This document shows, one piece after another, positions 11,115-23,257 of a DNA stretch of 64,000 nucleotides. How positions within the stretch are numbered: the first letter of the stretch is position 1; each line of letters opens with the position of its first letter. The notes under the pieces were generated by a model. The model worked only from the letters and a program-made list of their open reading frames with translations. It was not told the origin of the DNA and did not search any database. The stretch comes from Cyanophora paradoxa CCMP329 (Eukaryota > Plantae > Glaucophyta): the NCBI GenBank assembly GCA_004431415.1, contig QPMI01000427.1:116030-180029 (forward strand), written 5' to 3'. The translations under genes were made by a program, and so were the position numbers.

Positions 11115-11910
11115 CCGAGGCGGGCGGCGGCGGGGCTCTCTGGGCGGGGCGCAAGCGCGGCGGGCGGCGGCGCGGCTCGCCGGCGGGGCGGAGGCGCGGC
11201 GGGCGGCGGCGCGGCACGCCGGGCGGCGCGGAGGCGCGGCGGCGGCGTCGGGGCTCGCCGGGCGGGACGCAAGCGCGGCGAGCGACGGCGCGGCTCGCCG
11301 CACGGGGCGGAGGCGCGGCGGGGGCCGGCGCGGCTCGCCGGGCGGGCCGGAGGCGCGGCGGGCGGCGTCGGGGCTCGTCGGGCGGGACGGAGGCGCGGCG
11401 AGCGACGGCGCGGCTCGCCGGCGGGGCGGAGGCGCGGCGGGCGGAGGCGCGGCTCGCCGGGCGGGGCGTAGGCGCGGCGGGCGGCGGCGGGGTCGCCGGG
11501 CGGGCGGGGACGCGGCGGGCGGCGGCGCGGCTCGCCGGGCGGCCGCGGGCCGGAGGCGCGGCGGGGGCCGGCGCGGCTCGCCGGGCGGGCCGGAGGCGCG
11601 GCGGGCGGCGTCGGGGCTCGCCGCACGGGCGGAAGGCGCAGCGGGCGGCGGCGCGGCTCGCCGCCCGGGGCGGAGCGGCGGCGCGGCTCGTCGCCCGGGC
11701 GGAGCGGCGGGCGGCAGCGGGGCTCGTAGCCCGGGCGAAGGCGCGGCGGACGGCAGCGGGGTCGCCGCACGGGGCGGAGACGCTGCGGGCGTAGGAGGAG
11801 CTCGCCGCACGGGGCGGGGACGTCGACGCGGCCGCCGGCCGGCGGCGGCGCGGCTCGCCGCACGGGCGAAGGCGCGGCGCGCGCCGGCGGGCGGTGGCGG
11901 GGCCGCCGCA
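11115..11910. repeat. Extremely GC-rich minisatellite (gcgcggctcgccgg / ggaggcgcggcg units)
   Basis: Dozens of degenerate copies; stop-poor frames produce spurious R/A/P-rich ORFs. Confidence 0.9.
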
Positions 11911-12884
11911 CGTGGCGTTGACTACGTATACCTCCCGCCGGACGCTGCAGTGATTCCATTTCTCGGAACGCTTCTGTCCCGCGGGAACAAGGTCCGACGG
12001 TCCGGCTGTGGTGCTGCCGCCATCGCTGAGCTGCTTCGCTGCAGCTGCCGCCACCTCTACGGTGCCACCGGGAACCCCCTCACACGGATCCGACCCTTTG
12101 TATGGACCCGACCCGCCGGGTCACCACCTGGACCCGTGACCCGCGGGTCAGGCGACCCACGGGTCCACCCGCGGGTCCGGCGACCCGGGCCGGAGCCCTA
12201 TAAGCCGGCGCTAAGAAAACTGCGGCATGTACCCCCCTCACTCTGCTAGAAGGCTTCAAACCGCATTAATTCGGGGGCGCATAATTATCCGTAATGGGGG
12301 TCCGGGTCCAAAAACGCATTACTTACAGGCGCATTACTTAAGTGTTTTACGGTACTAGGCTAGCGCTGCAGGCTGCAGCCACTGTCCGGCCCACTGAGTA
12401 CTAAGTTCTACTAACTAGTACTGTGATTCTGTGCTCGAAGCCGTTGCAGTGATTTTTTTCGCCCGGCCAGTGGACCGATCACCACTTTTTTGTACCGGTA
12501 AGTTGGGCGTGACTCCGGAGTCTCCGGTGAGTTGCCGGTAAGTTGCGGTGGTAAGTCGCCGGTAACGCCGGTAGGTTCGCGGTAATTGCGAACTTACTAC
12601 TGCGGGAGTCTGCGCATATACTATGATATACGTGGCATTGCAGTAACTTAGTAATTATAAGTTAATGGCATTGCCGTAACGGTATACGTATTACGTAGAC
12701 TCGAGGCTGTGGCCGGTAATTCAATAAAAAATGATCGGCAATTTAACGACTCGGCAATGTTGCTGGTTAGGGGGGTAGGTATTTTCTTAGCCCGCCATTA
12801 AACATGTACAGAATTAATTATAACCTAAATTCGGCAATTTATCGCCACGGCAATTCCGATTTTGGGCGAATTCGGCAATTTTTC

Positions 12885-13282
12885 TTCTTTTTTTTTAGGG
12901 CGAACCCCCCGGGTCCCCCCCGTAGGTAGTAAAATAGAAAATCGACAAAGCAATCACGAATCAAACATTTTTTTTTTTTTTTTAAGATCTACGGTGGGCG
13001 TGCCCACTCGTAGTACACAACGAGGATACAAGTCACGGTATCGGGAATCACAGGGATTCGAAGTACAACGTAGCGGAAACAGCAGGAACCGAACCCGGGA
13101 ATCCGGGAGGTCGTAGCACGACCTTATACCACTGCGCTAAAGCGCGGGTATCAAACATAGTCGTAGGCAATATTAATCGAGATCGCAAGACATATGCATA
13201 ACTTCAGCAGCATAAGAACTAGCCTAGTAGGGATCACGACGACTCGTCGACGAGGCACACGATCGCGACTCGGCGAGAACGC
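12885..13282 (-). mobile_element. 5'-truncated non-LTR retroposon fragment (related to the 17646 and 21402 family)
   Basis: poly(T) at 12885-12896; 16-bp TSD aattcggcaatttttc (12869-12884, 13283-13298); shares gggcgaacccccc...cgtaggtagt...caaagcaatcac with the other copies. Confidence 0.75.
12969..13149 (-). mobile_element. Second retroposon fragment nested inside the previous one
   Basis: Long poly(T) ending at 12983; 9-bp TSD atcaaacat (12960-12968, 13150-13158); 3' stem-loop ctacggtgggc-gt-gcccactcgtag. Confidence 0.75.
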
Positions 13283-13531
13283 AATTCGGCAATTTTTCGC
13301 CTCGGCAATCCTACACTGGCACAGAACTATCATCAGTGACTATCACTCATGATCACTAGTACTGACTCGTGAGTCAGTGAGCGCTCATCATCATGGCATG
13401 CCATGATGGCATGCAGGATGATGCAGCTACTACTAGGCTACTACATTAGTACTACCGTAGTACTAGTACTACCGTACACGGTACATCATGGCATGTACAA
13501 GGCTACACAGTCTACACTGTACATACTACTA

Positions 13532-13754
13532 CTGTCATGTCATTAAGTTAGGCGTCGCTTTTCTTAGACGTTTGCCCACCCGTCGTGATAGACGTTCACA
13601 AAGATAGACGAGCAGCTGGTCGCTCCATACAAGCGTTACTATGGCATACCCCCTTTAGGCACAGTTAGACGGGGATTAAGTTAGACGAATGGGTGATCAT
13701 GAACTCGTCTATCCGCGCCTAACTTTGTCGTCGCCTAACTTTGTGGATTGACAG
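13532..13754. mobile_element. TA-flanked MITE with imperfect TIRs
   Basis: TA-ctgtca...aagttaggcg at left and cgcctaactt...tgacag-TA at right; internal tagacg repeats. Confidence 0.65.
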
Positions 13755-14566
13755 TATCATAGTATGATACTAGTAGCCTACTAAGCCTAGTAGAGCGGGG
13801 CTGCACAGCCTCACAGACTGCAGTGTCACACTGTCACTGCACTAGCCTTAGTACTAGTTAGTAGCCTGCACTGTCTGGCAGTCACAGAGTGTCTGCACAC
13901 TCAGTGACTGTGAGCTCGAGTCTGTGACATGTACATTGTACAGCCTGCCAGGCATGCATGCGCGGCGCAGTGGCCCAGCGCTAGCTATATATAGCGGCGC
14001 CGGCTGCGCACGCATCATCATGGCATGGCATGCGCATTCAGGCTGCACTGCAGCTGCAGCCTGCAGCCTCATCGATATCATCATGATGATCATATTATCA
14101 TGGCATGACTCCGGATCCGGATCCCGCATGCCATGATGAGCATGATCATCGCCGTCGGATACTGATGACTCAGTGATGAGTATCCGATGTGGACCGATGA
14201 TCGATCCGATGATCAGGCACTGCGGCAGCATTCAGTGCCATTCAATGATTCAGGCTGCAGCCTGCAGCCTCGCCCGGCCGAGTCGTAGTCGGGCTGCACT
14301 GGCTGCAGGCTGCAGCCGCTGAGCCAGTCACTGTCACTCACTGAGTGACGTCCGACTGATGATCATGGCATAGTACCGTAGTACTACTACTGTACTACTA
14401 CAGTACTAGTACTAGTCACTGAGTATGCATGCAGCTGGTCGATATCATGATCATGATTCACGATTACGACGGTCTCGCTCCGGATATATACACGTACGCG
14501 CGCTCGTCACGGCGTCTCGTTCGGCCGCCCACGATATCGCTCATCGCGCACAAAGGCGGGATATCG

Positions 14567-17500
14567 ATGAGCAACCCTAGGCCTTCCATCTCGAGCCCTC
14601 GAGCTCGGGGTTCGAGATGTAAATCGCTCTCGCTGCAGCTGGCCATGGTCGCACTCGCCGCAGCGGTGCTCCTCGGCTGCAGCTGCCCCGGTGACTGCAG
14701 CTGCCCCGGCCCCCGGCCGCGGGTCACCGCCCGTAGCGATTGCAAGCTGCACGCACATGTGTAACTGCAGATATAAATCTCTAGATCTAGACCGTGAGCT
14801 TGTTTCGCGCGAACGTTAACGCCAACGCGCATGCACATGCGCAGGGGTCGGGGCGCTCTCGGACCGCCTGCTGCCGGGCATCCGCTCGCTGCCCGTCGGG
14901 AGCGGCTGGAGCGACATCGCCCAGGGGAACTACACATTCTGTTTGGGAAATGATCCTGCCGTAGACGGAGGCACGCCCGTGCATGTGGAAGGCGAGTTGA
15001 CGGCTCAGCGCCTAGCGCTGTGCTTGCGACATTGACCGTGTATGCCGGTCCAGTTTACACATCTATATATATACGCCCGCAGGAACTGGCACTGGGGCGA
15101 AGTTCCACGGTTATATTTCGAGTGCGCACAATCATGATCACGATCATAAGCGTAATCAAAAATATCATAACATCGATATCTGCGAGTAATGTATATATAT
15201 ATAAACGTTAACGCTGCTCGAGCTCGAGCTCACTACTGATCATCCGCGGTCGTGCATGTGTTCAGGTCTTCATTACTCACATTTCGATGGTTGGTTTATC
15301 TATAAATATTAATCGAACATAGAACAAGAGGTTTCGCCGTTGTAACACACACCCATGGCCACCGCCGTCGGCGCGCGTCCGCAGGATACCTCTACGTGGG
15401 GGACGGGTATGGCATTTCCAGGGTGAACAGCAGCTGCTCATCGCAAGCCGTCGCGGGATACCACCCGGACCAGCCTCCTTTGCCCGATGTGGGCTCAACG
15501 AAATCTGCACGCGACGTAGCAATCGTGTGAGCATAAAAATTGTCTTTATTCGCGACTCGGTGAAGTCTTTTGAGGCGAAGCTTATTATAAGACGCCTCCG
15601 GATCCGCAGCGACGTGCGCGCAATACACGCCAACTCAAGCAGCGGCCTTTTTTGGATGCAAGGAGAGGACCTTACCATCGGCTACCTTAATCTTGCGACC
15701 TCGGAGGTCACGACACTGTGGAAATCCGGGATGTACGGCTCTGACTGTCCGGCTTTGGACTCGTGCGCTGGCGCATACGTATACTACGCGAACGGATTCG
15801 GATCCATGACTTACCACGCGGGCAAGATTTATGTTCTAGCAAAGCGCGATCTCGCATCGACTGTTTGTGCTAGCTGTGTCGTCAGTGATGGGCGGAGATC
15901 CCTCCGTCAATTCACGGACAGCGAGGCCGGACGGCACAGCGTCGTTCTTTTCACAATCCCCTCTACAGGTGCTGGGCTTCCGTGTCTGAATCCGATTGCA
16001 TCTGTTTGCAATTACTTACAGTCGTTCCTTATTATCAGGGGGACGCTCCTCGTTTGTTGCGGCCTTCGCATCCAGCTCTAGCGGTGACGGCAGTGGTAGA
16101 GTAATATCGAATTCGCTGGCAGCCGAGGCTGTGGGCTCCTCCGTCCACGTCTACGCCGGCGTCCGCGAGGATGTGCCTGCTGCGGGGGGGATCGGCGACG
16201 GTCTCCCGTCCCGTATTGTCAAGGTGCGTTCGAATTCACGTCGCGTCGCGGCCGTACGCGTCTGCAGCTGCTTCAAATTCTCTCGATCACTCTAGAAATC
16301 GATATGGAATATATGCATGCGCAGCTTGTGATCGGTGCATCCTCCACCGTCGTCTCAAACTTCACGACATTCACCGCGAGCTCCTCGCCGCCCTACATCC
16401 ACGGGCTCGCCATCGTGAAAACAACGTGCGCTCGCGCATCGTTTTCACCGACTGCAGGACTCGCGATCGATGCTCACATGCACCTGCGCGGGTGGCTCGA
16501 CGCAGCCACGGCCCGTGGCGGCTCGTGGCTCAAATCGAGGAGTCTGTGACGAAAAGGTTCATCGCGTCGTACGACTCTTCCGGCACCGAAGTGGCCGGCG
16601 AGAGGATCGAGTCCGCTGCCAAGTGCGTTCGTGTTCGCACCTCCGAACTGCGAACTCTTTATTATTAATATTATAATTAATATTTATGGCTCATACTTCA
16701 TTTGCCACGTGCACCTTCAGCCCCTTTGGAGTGGAGCTCACGACAGAAGACCCATTTGTGGATAAAACTGAGATCCGTCCGTTTCCGGCGCTCACAGATA
16801 TCGGCTCGCGCGATCACCCCATCATTTACTCCGCTTGGGCGAGAGTGCGCTTCGGCGACAGCGGAAATGCGGTTGATAGTTTTATAGGCGCAAAAGCTGG
16901 TTTCATTTTCGCCCATCGCCTGAACACCACGATTGCGTTCCCCACCCCGAGCCCGAGCCCGTCGCCCAGCCCGTCGCCCAGCCCGTCGCCCAGCCCGAGC
17001 CCCTCCGGCACCCCGGTGCGCGCCCCCGTCGACGTCGCATAAATCAAGCTTGTCAAAGCGCTAGCCGCTGAGCTTGTTACTGATTTCCCCGCATTCAATC
17101 GCGAGACTCGAGATCTAGATCTGATACAGTCTTCCTTGTCGTATTCAGAGTCCGTCGCCAAGCCCGAGCCCCTCCGGCACCCCGGTGCGTGCCTCACTGC
17201 ATGACTCAGTGACTTCAACTTAAGCTTGTTTCTCTATATGTATATGTGCATGCGGGGCTCTGCTTCTCAGAGCCCGTCGCCTTCCCCGAGCGCGACGCCG
17301 GCGCCCGAGGCGCCCACGCCGACGCCCTCGAGCCCCGTCCTCGCCCCCTCGCCGACGCCGGCGCCCGCGCCGACTCCGCTGTCGGGAACGTCGACGGCTC
17401 CTACGCCGACCCCCGCACCGGCGGCGGCTTCCAACTCGAGCTCGACGGGCGCCGGCGCGGCCCCGGACGCGGCGATGGCGGCCGGCGTGACCGGCCCGAC

Positions 17501-18952
17501 GTCGAAGGTGGTCGTCAAGTCCAACGTCACCGAGCAGTCCACCACCGTCTCCACGAGCTTCGACACCGAGAGCAGGGTCCGTCCAATTGCAAGAAGGCTT
17601 TTCTTTTAACCACTTCCAATATTAATTGCAATTGTTTATTAACAATTTTTTTGAGAGACTACGGTGGGGCGAACCCCCCGTAGGTAGTGATATTAAAGAC
17701 AACAAAGCAATCACAAATCAAAGATACAGTAAACTAGCACAAAATATATACAGAATCAAGAGGGATCACGAGAAGGGACACGATCAGAATTGTTTATTAA
17801 CAACTTCTTCATTTAAGATGCATTTGTTTGATATATATTGTCCACTTGCAATTGTACCTAACATCGCGCGGGCCGGGCAGTGCAAGGACTGGAAGCACTC
17901 GTTCAACCCGAACAAGGAGCGCAAGAGCCTGCTCGACACGCTCAACAAAGACCGCTCGGACAAGGACAAGTTCGACGACTCGATGATCACCGTCGGCAAC
18001 GCCGACTGCAAGAGCTCGTGCGCGGGCCGCTTGAGTTTTGAATCGTCGCTTAATCGGTTTTATTCAAACTCGGAATCGAACGTCTCGCAGGCGCAAGGCG
18101 GCCCGCCGCCTGCTGGCGACGACGGGCGCCTTCGGGGTCGTCGTGCGGGACCAGATCACCACAGGCGGCACGACCGGCGCCCTCGGCGCCTCCGCCCTCT
18201 TCACGGCGCTCAAGACGGCCGTCACCGCCGGCCAAGTCACCGTGAGCGCAATCTCGATGCTCGATCGCACCAATATAATAAGCCAACTGACGCGTCTCCG
18301 TCGCGCAGGTCAACGGGGCGAAGGCGTCGACCATCGCGGACCCCGTCGTGAAGGTGTACGCGCCGGGGACCTTCACGTACGAGCCGCCCGTCGCGGCGGC
18401 GGCCGCCGTGCAGGCCTCCCCCTCCTCCGCCTCGATCCGCTTCCAGTCGACGCAGGCCGAGTGCGACGCGCACATGAGCTCCAACACACTCCTCACCGTG
18501 CGCTTCATCGCCCGTTGCTGATCATGAGCTCAATTAAAACATGAGCTTGTAAATGGCCTCATGAATTACTGTTTTCCGTCGTTGATTAAATTTCGCGAGC
18601 GCAGGTGGAGGACGCGCTCCACGCGGCGATCAACGCGCTCAAGGGCCCCGTCTCGCGCTCGCAGGTGGCCGTGACGGGCATCGCCTGCACGGGCGGCGGC
18701 TTCTCCGTCGCCGTCTCGCTCGGCGCCGGCGGCGCGTACAAGACGGGCAAGGAGCTCGCCGACGCCGTCCAGGCGGCCGTCGCCGACCGCTCGCTCAAGC
18801 TCGGCCCGTACGCCGCCATCGCCGGCGGCGCCGGCCTGACCTCCGGCTCCGACACGTACTGGCCCTCGACCGGCGCCCGGGCCGCCTCGACCGCGCTCGG
18901 GGCCGCCCTGCAGCTCGCCGCGGTCGCCGGCCTCCTCGCCCTCGCCGCGTAG
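14567..18952 (+). CDS. Multi-exon host gene: secreted, probably GPI-anchored Pro/Ser/Thr-rich surface glycoprotein (exon boundaries approximate)
   Basis: Signal-like MVALAAAVLLGC at 5'; GC3-rich exons separated by AT-richer GT..CAG introns; (SP)n and PTP repeats at 16945-17015 and 17270-17430; hydrophobic C-terminus GARAASTALGAALQLAAVAGLLALAA*. Confidence 0.72.
17646..17787 (-). mobile_element. 142-bp 5'-truncated retroposon insertion in an intron
   Basis: poly(T); 16-bp TSD aattgtttattaacaa (17630-17645, 17788-17803); one mismatch versus 21413-21549. Confidence 0.92.
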
Positions 18953-20165
18953 CCTAGTGCTAGTACTAGTAGCTTTAGTTTTGGCGACGCCAACGCTCGC
19001 GATCGCGCTCGTGTGATAAATGGCTATATATAATTCTTAACTATAGCTAAATATATGATAGCTATAGATAGTTATTATATAACGCTCGCCGCGTAGCCTG
19101 TAGCTAGCGCTAGCTATAACATTAGGGTATACTTATACGTACTTTTCCGACACGACTCCATGGCCAGCGTAGGCGCTGGCATGGTATCCAGCCCGTAATG
19201 TAATAAATGTTAATATATATTCTAGAAATGACAGATCTAGATCGACGCGAACAGGGGCTAGGGGCGGGCCCCCCTGCGGAGGGGCCCCGGCCCCCGGGGC
19301 GTACCTCGAGCCCCGTCGACGTCCGAGCCCCGCCTCGCCCGCGCACCACGGCCAAGTTCTACGAGACATCAAGCGGGCATCTAGGACGTCGACCGTGCAG
19401 CTCATAATGCCGCGCTCACTGCTAGAGGACCGGCGCATATTATGTTCTGGAGGCGACTCAGTAGACTACAGCTCAAGCACCAGCTCGACACGACTACTAG
19501 CTGTAGCACTCTTGTCATCTATCTCCTCCTGCAGTCAGCATCCCAGTATCCGGTAGGCGAGGAGCGGGGCCGGGGCCGGGGACTGTTGTCAAGTGTGTAC
19601 GAATGCAACAGGCTTTCCCAAAAAAACGAGCCCCGCCTCGCCCAGGGAGAGGGCGAATTCGAATCGAAGCCCGTGGGGGGGTCCGCCGGTGCCGCCGCCG
19701 GGGCCCCGAGCCCGCCGGGCCGGGCCGGCCCGGCCGCCGGCCCCGCCCGCGGCCGCGGCGCCGGCCCGGCGCCGGGCCGGCGGGCGCCGGCGCAGGCCCG
19801 GGCCGCCGCCGGCCCGCCGGGCCTTGCGCGGGCCGCGGCCGGGGCCAGCCTGGCAGCTGCAGCCTGCAGCCTGGCAGCCAAGCAATTGCGGCCGGCGCCC
19901 CCGGCGCCCGAGCCTCGGACTCTCGGAGTCGCGGGCCGGCCGGTCGCGGGCCGCGGGCCGGCGCCGGCGCGCCGGCCGCGCCGCCGTCGCGCCGGCGCGC
20001 CTCGCCGGCGCCGAGTCGCGGCCCCGGCGGCCCGGCCACTAGTACTGGGCCAGGGCCGGCCCTCGCGGCGGTACCGTAGACGGTCCGTAGTACCCTCGAG
20101 CCTCGGAGCTCGCAATTCAAAGTTGGCTGGTGGGCCAGTGGTGGCCAACTTCGCAATATAGGCTA

Positions 20166-20478
20166 CCGTAAAACACTTAAGCCTTTGAAGTAATGCGGGC
20201 ACTTAAGCCTTGAAGTAATGCGGTCGACGTCCCGAAATAATGCGTTTTCCGCTGACAAAACGCATTAATTTGGGGGCGCATTAATATCGAAGCGCTAAGC
20301 CGGCGCTAAGAAAACTGCGGCATCCCCCTCACGCTGCCAGCCTGGCAGAAGCCTTGAAGGCTTCAAAACGCATTAATTCGGGGGCGCATAATGAACCGAA
20401 CTGGCATGGGGGTCCGGGTCCAAAAAAGCATTACTTACCGGCGCATTAATATTACTCAGTGACTTCAGTGTTTTACGG
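20166..20478. mobile_element. Uninterrupted copy of the CCGTA-ended MITE
   Basis: TA-ccgtaaaacactt ... agtgttttacgg; homologous to 9287-9328 and 12209-12352. Confidence 0.85.
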
Positions 20479-21401
20479 ACCCTGCTCAACAAGGAGAAGC
20501 ACGGCCGGCAGTTCGCTTGTAAGACAGTGTTCAAAAACATCAGCGCGACATCGAGCATCGACAGCCATTCCATTGCTGCTCTCGTTAATCTGTATGAGCT
20601 GTACCTTGCATTGCTGGTGTTCCCATTTTCGAGTTGGCAGGCCAGATTAAGAAGGCAGTAGGGCGACGTCGACGTCGACCTGAAGGGTCTCCAGATGGAA
20701 AGAAGCGGAAGTCGACTTAGTTGTTTATGTTTCACTGAACAATTTGAGCAAGATCGTATACGTACGTGCGTAGCTAGCTAGCGCGCGGGAAAGAGATGGG
20801 AAAGAGGGGCGTACATGGGGTACCCCCTCCTCAAGCATTTGACAAATATTTGACCTAGCCGAGGGGCCAAGCATTTGAGCCGGCCGGCTCGGGTGCTTGG
20901 CTTGGCTTGACTCCGGAAGGCCAAAATTTGGCTTGGCTTGGCTTGAAGCCGGGGGGGGTCAAGCATCAGGCCTATTTACGGTAGCCTGCAAATAGGCTGC
21001 AATCATGATTGCAATGCCATGATGCCCTGAATGATGAGCCTGAATATTAATCAGGCAGCATGCCGCAGACTCAGTGCACGTGACTCCCGCAGCGTCCCGC
21101 TGGAGTCCCCGGCGACTCCCCGGGCCCGCATGCGCATTGCGCAGTGCATATGCATGGCACTGGCCGCACTGCGCATGCCATGATGCATGGCAACATTGGC
21201 AAGTCTGCTGCTGTCGACGTCCGACGGTCACAGACTCACAGCTGCAGTCACTGAGTGTCTAGATCTGGCACTGTCTGCATGCGCAAGGCTGCAATTGCAA
21301 CTTACTAACTTCGCAAGTTGCAATTCAATGTTTATAAGTTGCCGTACGCGTAGAGCAGGAAAATACTGGGCCGGAAATTAGTGGATCATAAAACTTGGCC
21401 C

Positions 21402-22572
21402 TTTTTTTTTTTGAGAGACTACGGTGGGGCGAACCCCCCGTAGGTAGTGATATTAAAGACAACAAAGCAATCACAAATCAAAGATACAGTAAACTAGCAC
21501 AAAATATATACAGAATCAAGAGGGATCACGAGAAAGGACACGATCAGAAGAACGCAAAAGATAAGGAGAACGAGCACGAGGAGAAGGAGTAGAAGAGCTC
21601 AAGGGCGTCGATGCAGAAGTACTAGTCACACTAGAACGACGAGGAGCACGGGGACGCAGCAAATAAGGAGAACGAGCACGAGGAACTACAGTCGAAGACG
21701 AAGATCTAGACGAAGACGACAAGACAGAGCTAACAGCAGAACTAGAAGACGTAGTCGCAGGAGGCAAAGGCGGTAGAACAGTAGGAGAGGCGAAACGTAG
21801 GACACCACTAGAGGGGAAAGTCGAAGCTGGCGGAGTGTCTAAACGGAATCGAGATTGTAGAGTTGGTAAAACAATGGACGGCTGAAGACTAATCTGAGGA
21901 ACTGGGGACGACACGAGGAAAGGGGCAGAGCTCGGGTGCAGACTCGGAATCGGCAGTATAAGAGGAGGGGCGAAACGCAAGCCAGTAGTGACAGGGAAGG
22001 CAGACGATGGGCTGAACCAGGCGGGAGAGGCAAATATAGCGAAGTAGAAGAGAGAGAAGGGTACACACGAGGAACGTCACCATACACAAAATACTCGCTG
22101 CCAAAAACTATACGGTCTGACGGTCGCTGAAGATAAAGAGGCGGAACTGCCTGAGGGCTAACAGTGAGAGATGGAGGAGGAAGAGGCAGAGCTAACGACA
22201 AAGGGAACGGAATCAAAGGTACAGGGAAGGCATGGAATACACGAGGAACTGGAAGGTGGAGGGGGCCAGTGCTCCTAACTAACATCGATGAAGCATCTGA
22301 TGGAGGTGACGGCAAAACAACTGAGGGTAAACTAAGTTGAGGTGAAGCGAAGATTGATACAAGACTATCATGAATCAAAGGGGGCCATGCAGGAACCGGC
22401 GGGCGAGGTGGATCTGGCGGGACAGCCAGAGGGGAAGCCGAAGGTACAGGAGAGGAAAGCCGCAGGCGCCGAGACACATGGACAGGGGACGGATCGGCAT
22501 CGGGAGGCAAGGTTGAATTCGACGGAGACCGGCTCGCTTCCAGGAGAACCCCACCAATTGCGCGACCTTCCC
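21402..22572 (-). mobile_element. Longer 3' portion of the same non-LTR retroposon, cut by PLV-1
   Basis: T11 tail, first ~137 bp nearly identical to 17653-17789; purine-rich plus strand continues to an abrupt composition change at ~22573; no matching TSD in window. Confidence 0.78.
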
Positions 22573-22790
22573 CACTACCATTCTCAGTAAGCCCATTATC
22601 CATTTTCAAATTTCTCAGTAAGGCTCAGTAACAAATTATAAATTAGCACTGTATTTTTCAAACATCTAACCTCTCCTTACTGAAACCAATCACGAAACCC
22701 TTTAATTCTCCATTTTTATAATTCCTTACCATTCCCAGTAAGCCCTAAAACCCTCTCTCGATTTCTCAGTAAGGACAGTGAGACCCCTAT
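22573..22790. repeat. Probable left terminal region of PLV-1 with repeated t(c/t)tcagtaag motifs
   Basis: taccattctcagtaagccc, taccattcccagtaagccc, tttctcagtaagg (x2); partner TIR not in window. Confidence 0.6.
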
Positions 22791-22933
22791 TTTTACGAAA
22801 TGTTCCCGATCGTTTCCAAACTGTTTTCAGTTACCCAAATTGAAAAATCAAGGTGACCCCCACCGATAGCGTAAATCAACATATGAAATGCGTTTATCCC
22901 CACTTAAAGATTTCCCGCTATATAGCTATAAAG

Positions 22934-23257
22934 ATGCCGAGCAATCAACTCCCACTACCCAAAAGTAAGCAATGCACTATCTGCAAAGTAGATAGACCTG
23001 CATCGTGTTTTGGTTTGCGTAAATTAAAAACTGGTAATGTCGCATTGAATCCAAGATGCATCGAGTGCAACCGCGACTATCACCTTGACCTGTATCACAA
23101 AGTCTTAAAAACGCGTCCGAAAATCGAAGTACAATCGAAAATATGCCCCGATTGCAAGATTGAGAAGCCTGCAAGCGAGTATAATAAAAAACAAAGCACG
23201 AAGGATGGTCTCTACTACAAATGCCGACAGTGTTATAGTGAGACTCGGACGAGCTAA
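22934..23257 (+). CDS. Tandem CxxC zinc-ribbon protein
   Basis: CTIC...CIEC and CPDC...CRQC repeats (KxCxxCKxEKPxSEY...KDGLxxxCxxC), a motif common in phage/NCLDV endonuclease N-termini. Confidence 0.7.
   Translation: MPSNQLPLPKSKQCTICKVDRPASCFGLRKLKTGNVALNPRCIECNRDYHLDLYHKVLKTRPKIEVQSKICPDCKIEKPASEYNKKQSTKDGLYYKCRQCYSETRTS

Larger units (their letters stand above)
9329..12200 (-). mobile_element. Non-autonomous hAT-superfamily DNA transposon
   Basis: Perfect 19-bp TIR tagggctccggcccgggtc / gacccgggccggagcccta; 8-bp TSD taagccgg (9321-9328, 12201-12208); subterminal gacccg repeats; BED-finger-like remnant KRSEKWNHC near 11950-11975. Confidence 0.92.
9287..12352. mobile_element. Tc1/mariner-pogo (CCGTA-ended) MITE copy, interrupted by the hAT element and truncated on the left by the YR element
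   Basis: 9287-9328 plus 12209-12352 align with the uninterrupted copy at 20166-20478; ends cttaagtgttttacgg-TA, the reverse complement of TA-ccgtaaaacacttaag. Confidence 0.85.

Noticed and set aside
9493-12249. Long R/A/P/G-rich ORFs inside the hAT element
   Set aside because: By-products of GC-rich repeats lacking stop codons; no transposase catalytic motifs
12430-12880. Clusters of ccggtaag and cggcaatt short repeats
   Set aside because: Probably subterminal repeats of decayed DNA transposons, but convincing TIRs/TSDs could not be defined
17626-18351. 241-aa ORF
   Set aside because: Chimeric read-through of intron, retroposon insertion and exon sequence
19442-20202. Overlapping 150-240 aa ORFs on both strands
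   Set aside because: Low-complexity GC-rich tract open in many frames; no domain signal
20780-20983. Possible further MITE ending tttacgg-TA with ttggcttggcttga repeats
   Set aside because: Matching left terminus not found
21516-22609. S/P/L-rich minus-strand ORFs
   Set aside because: Low-complexity retroposon 3' region; the 256-aa ORF crosses the retroposon/virus junction; no RT or endonuclease motifs
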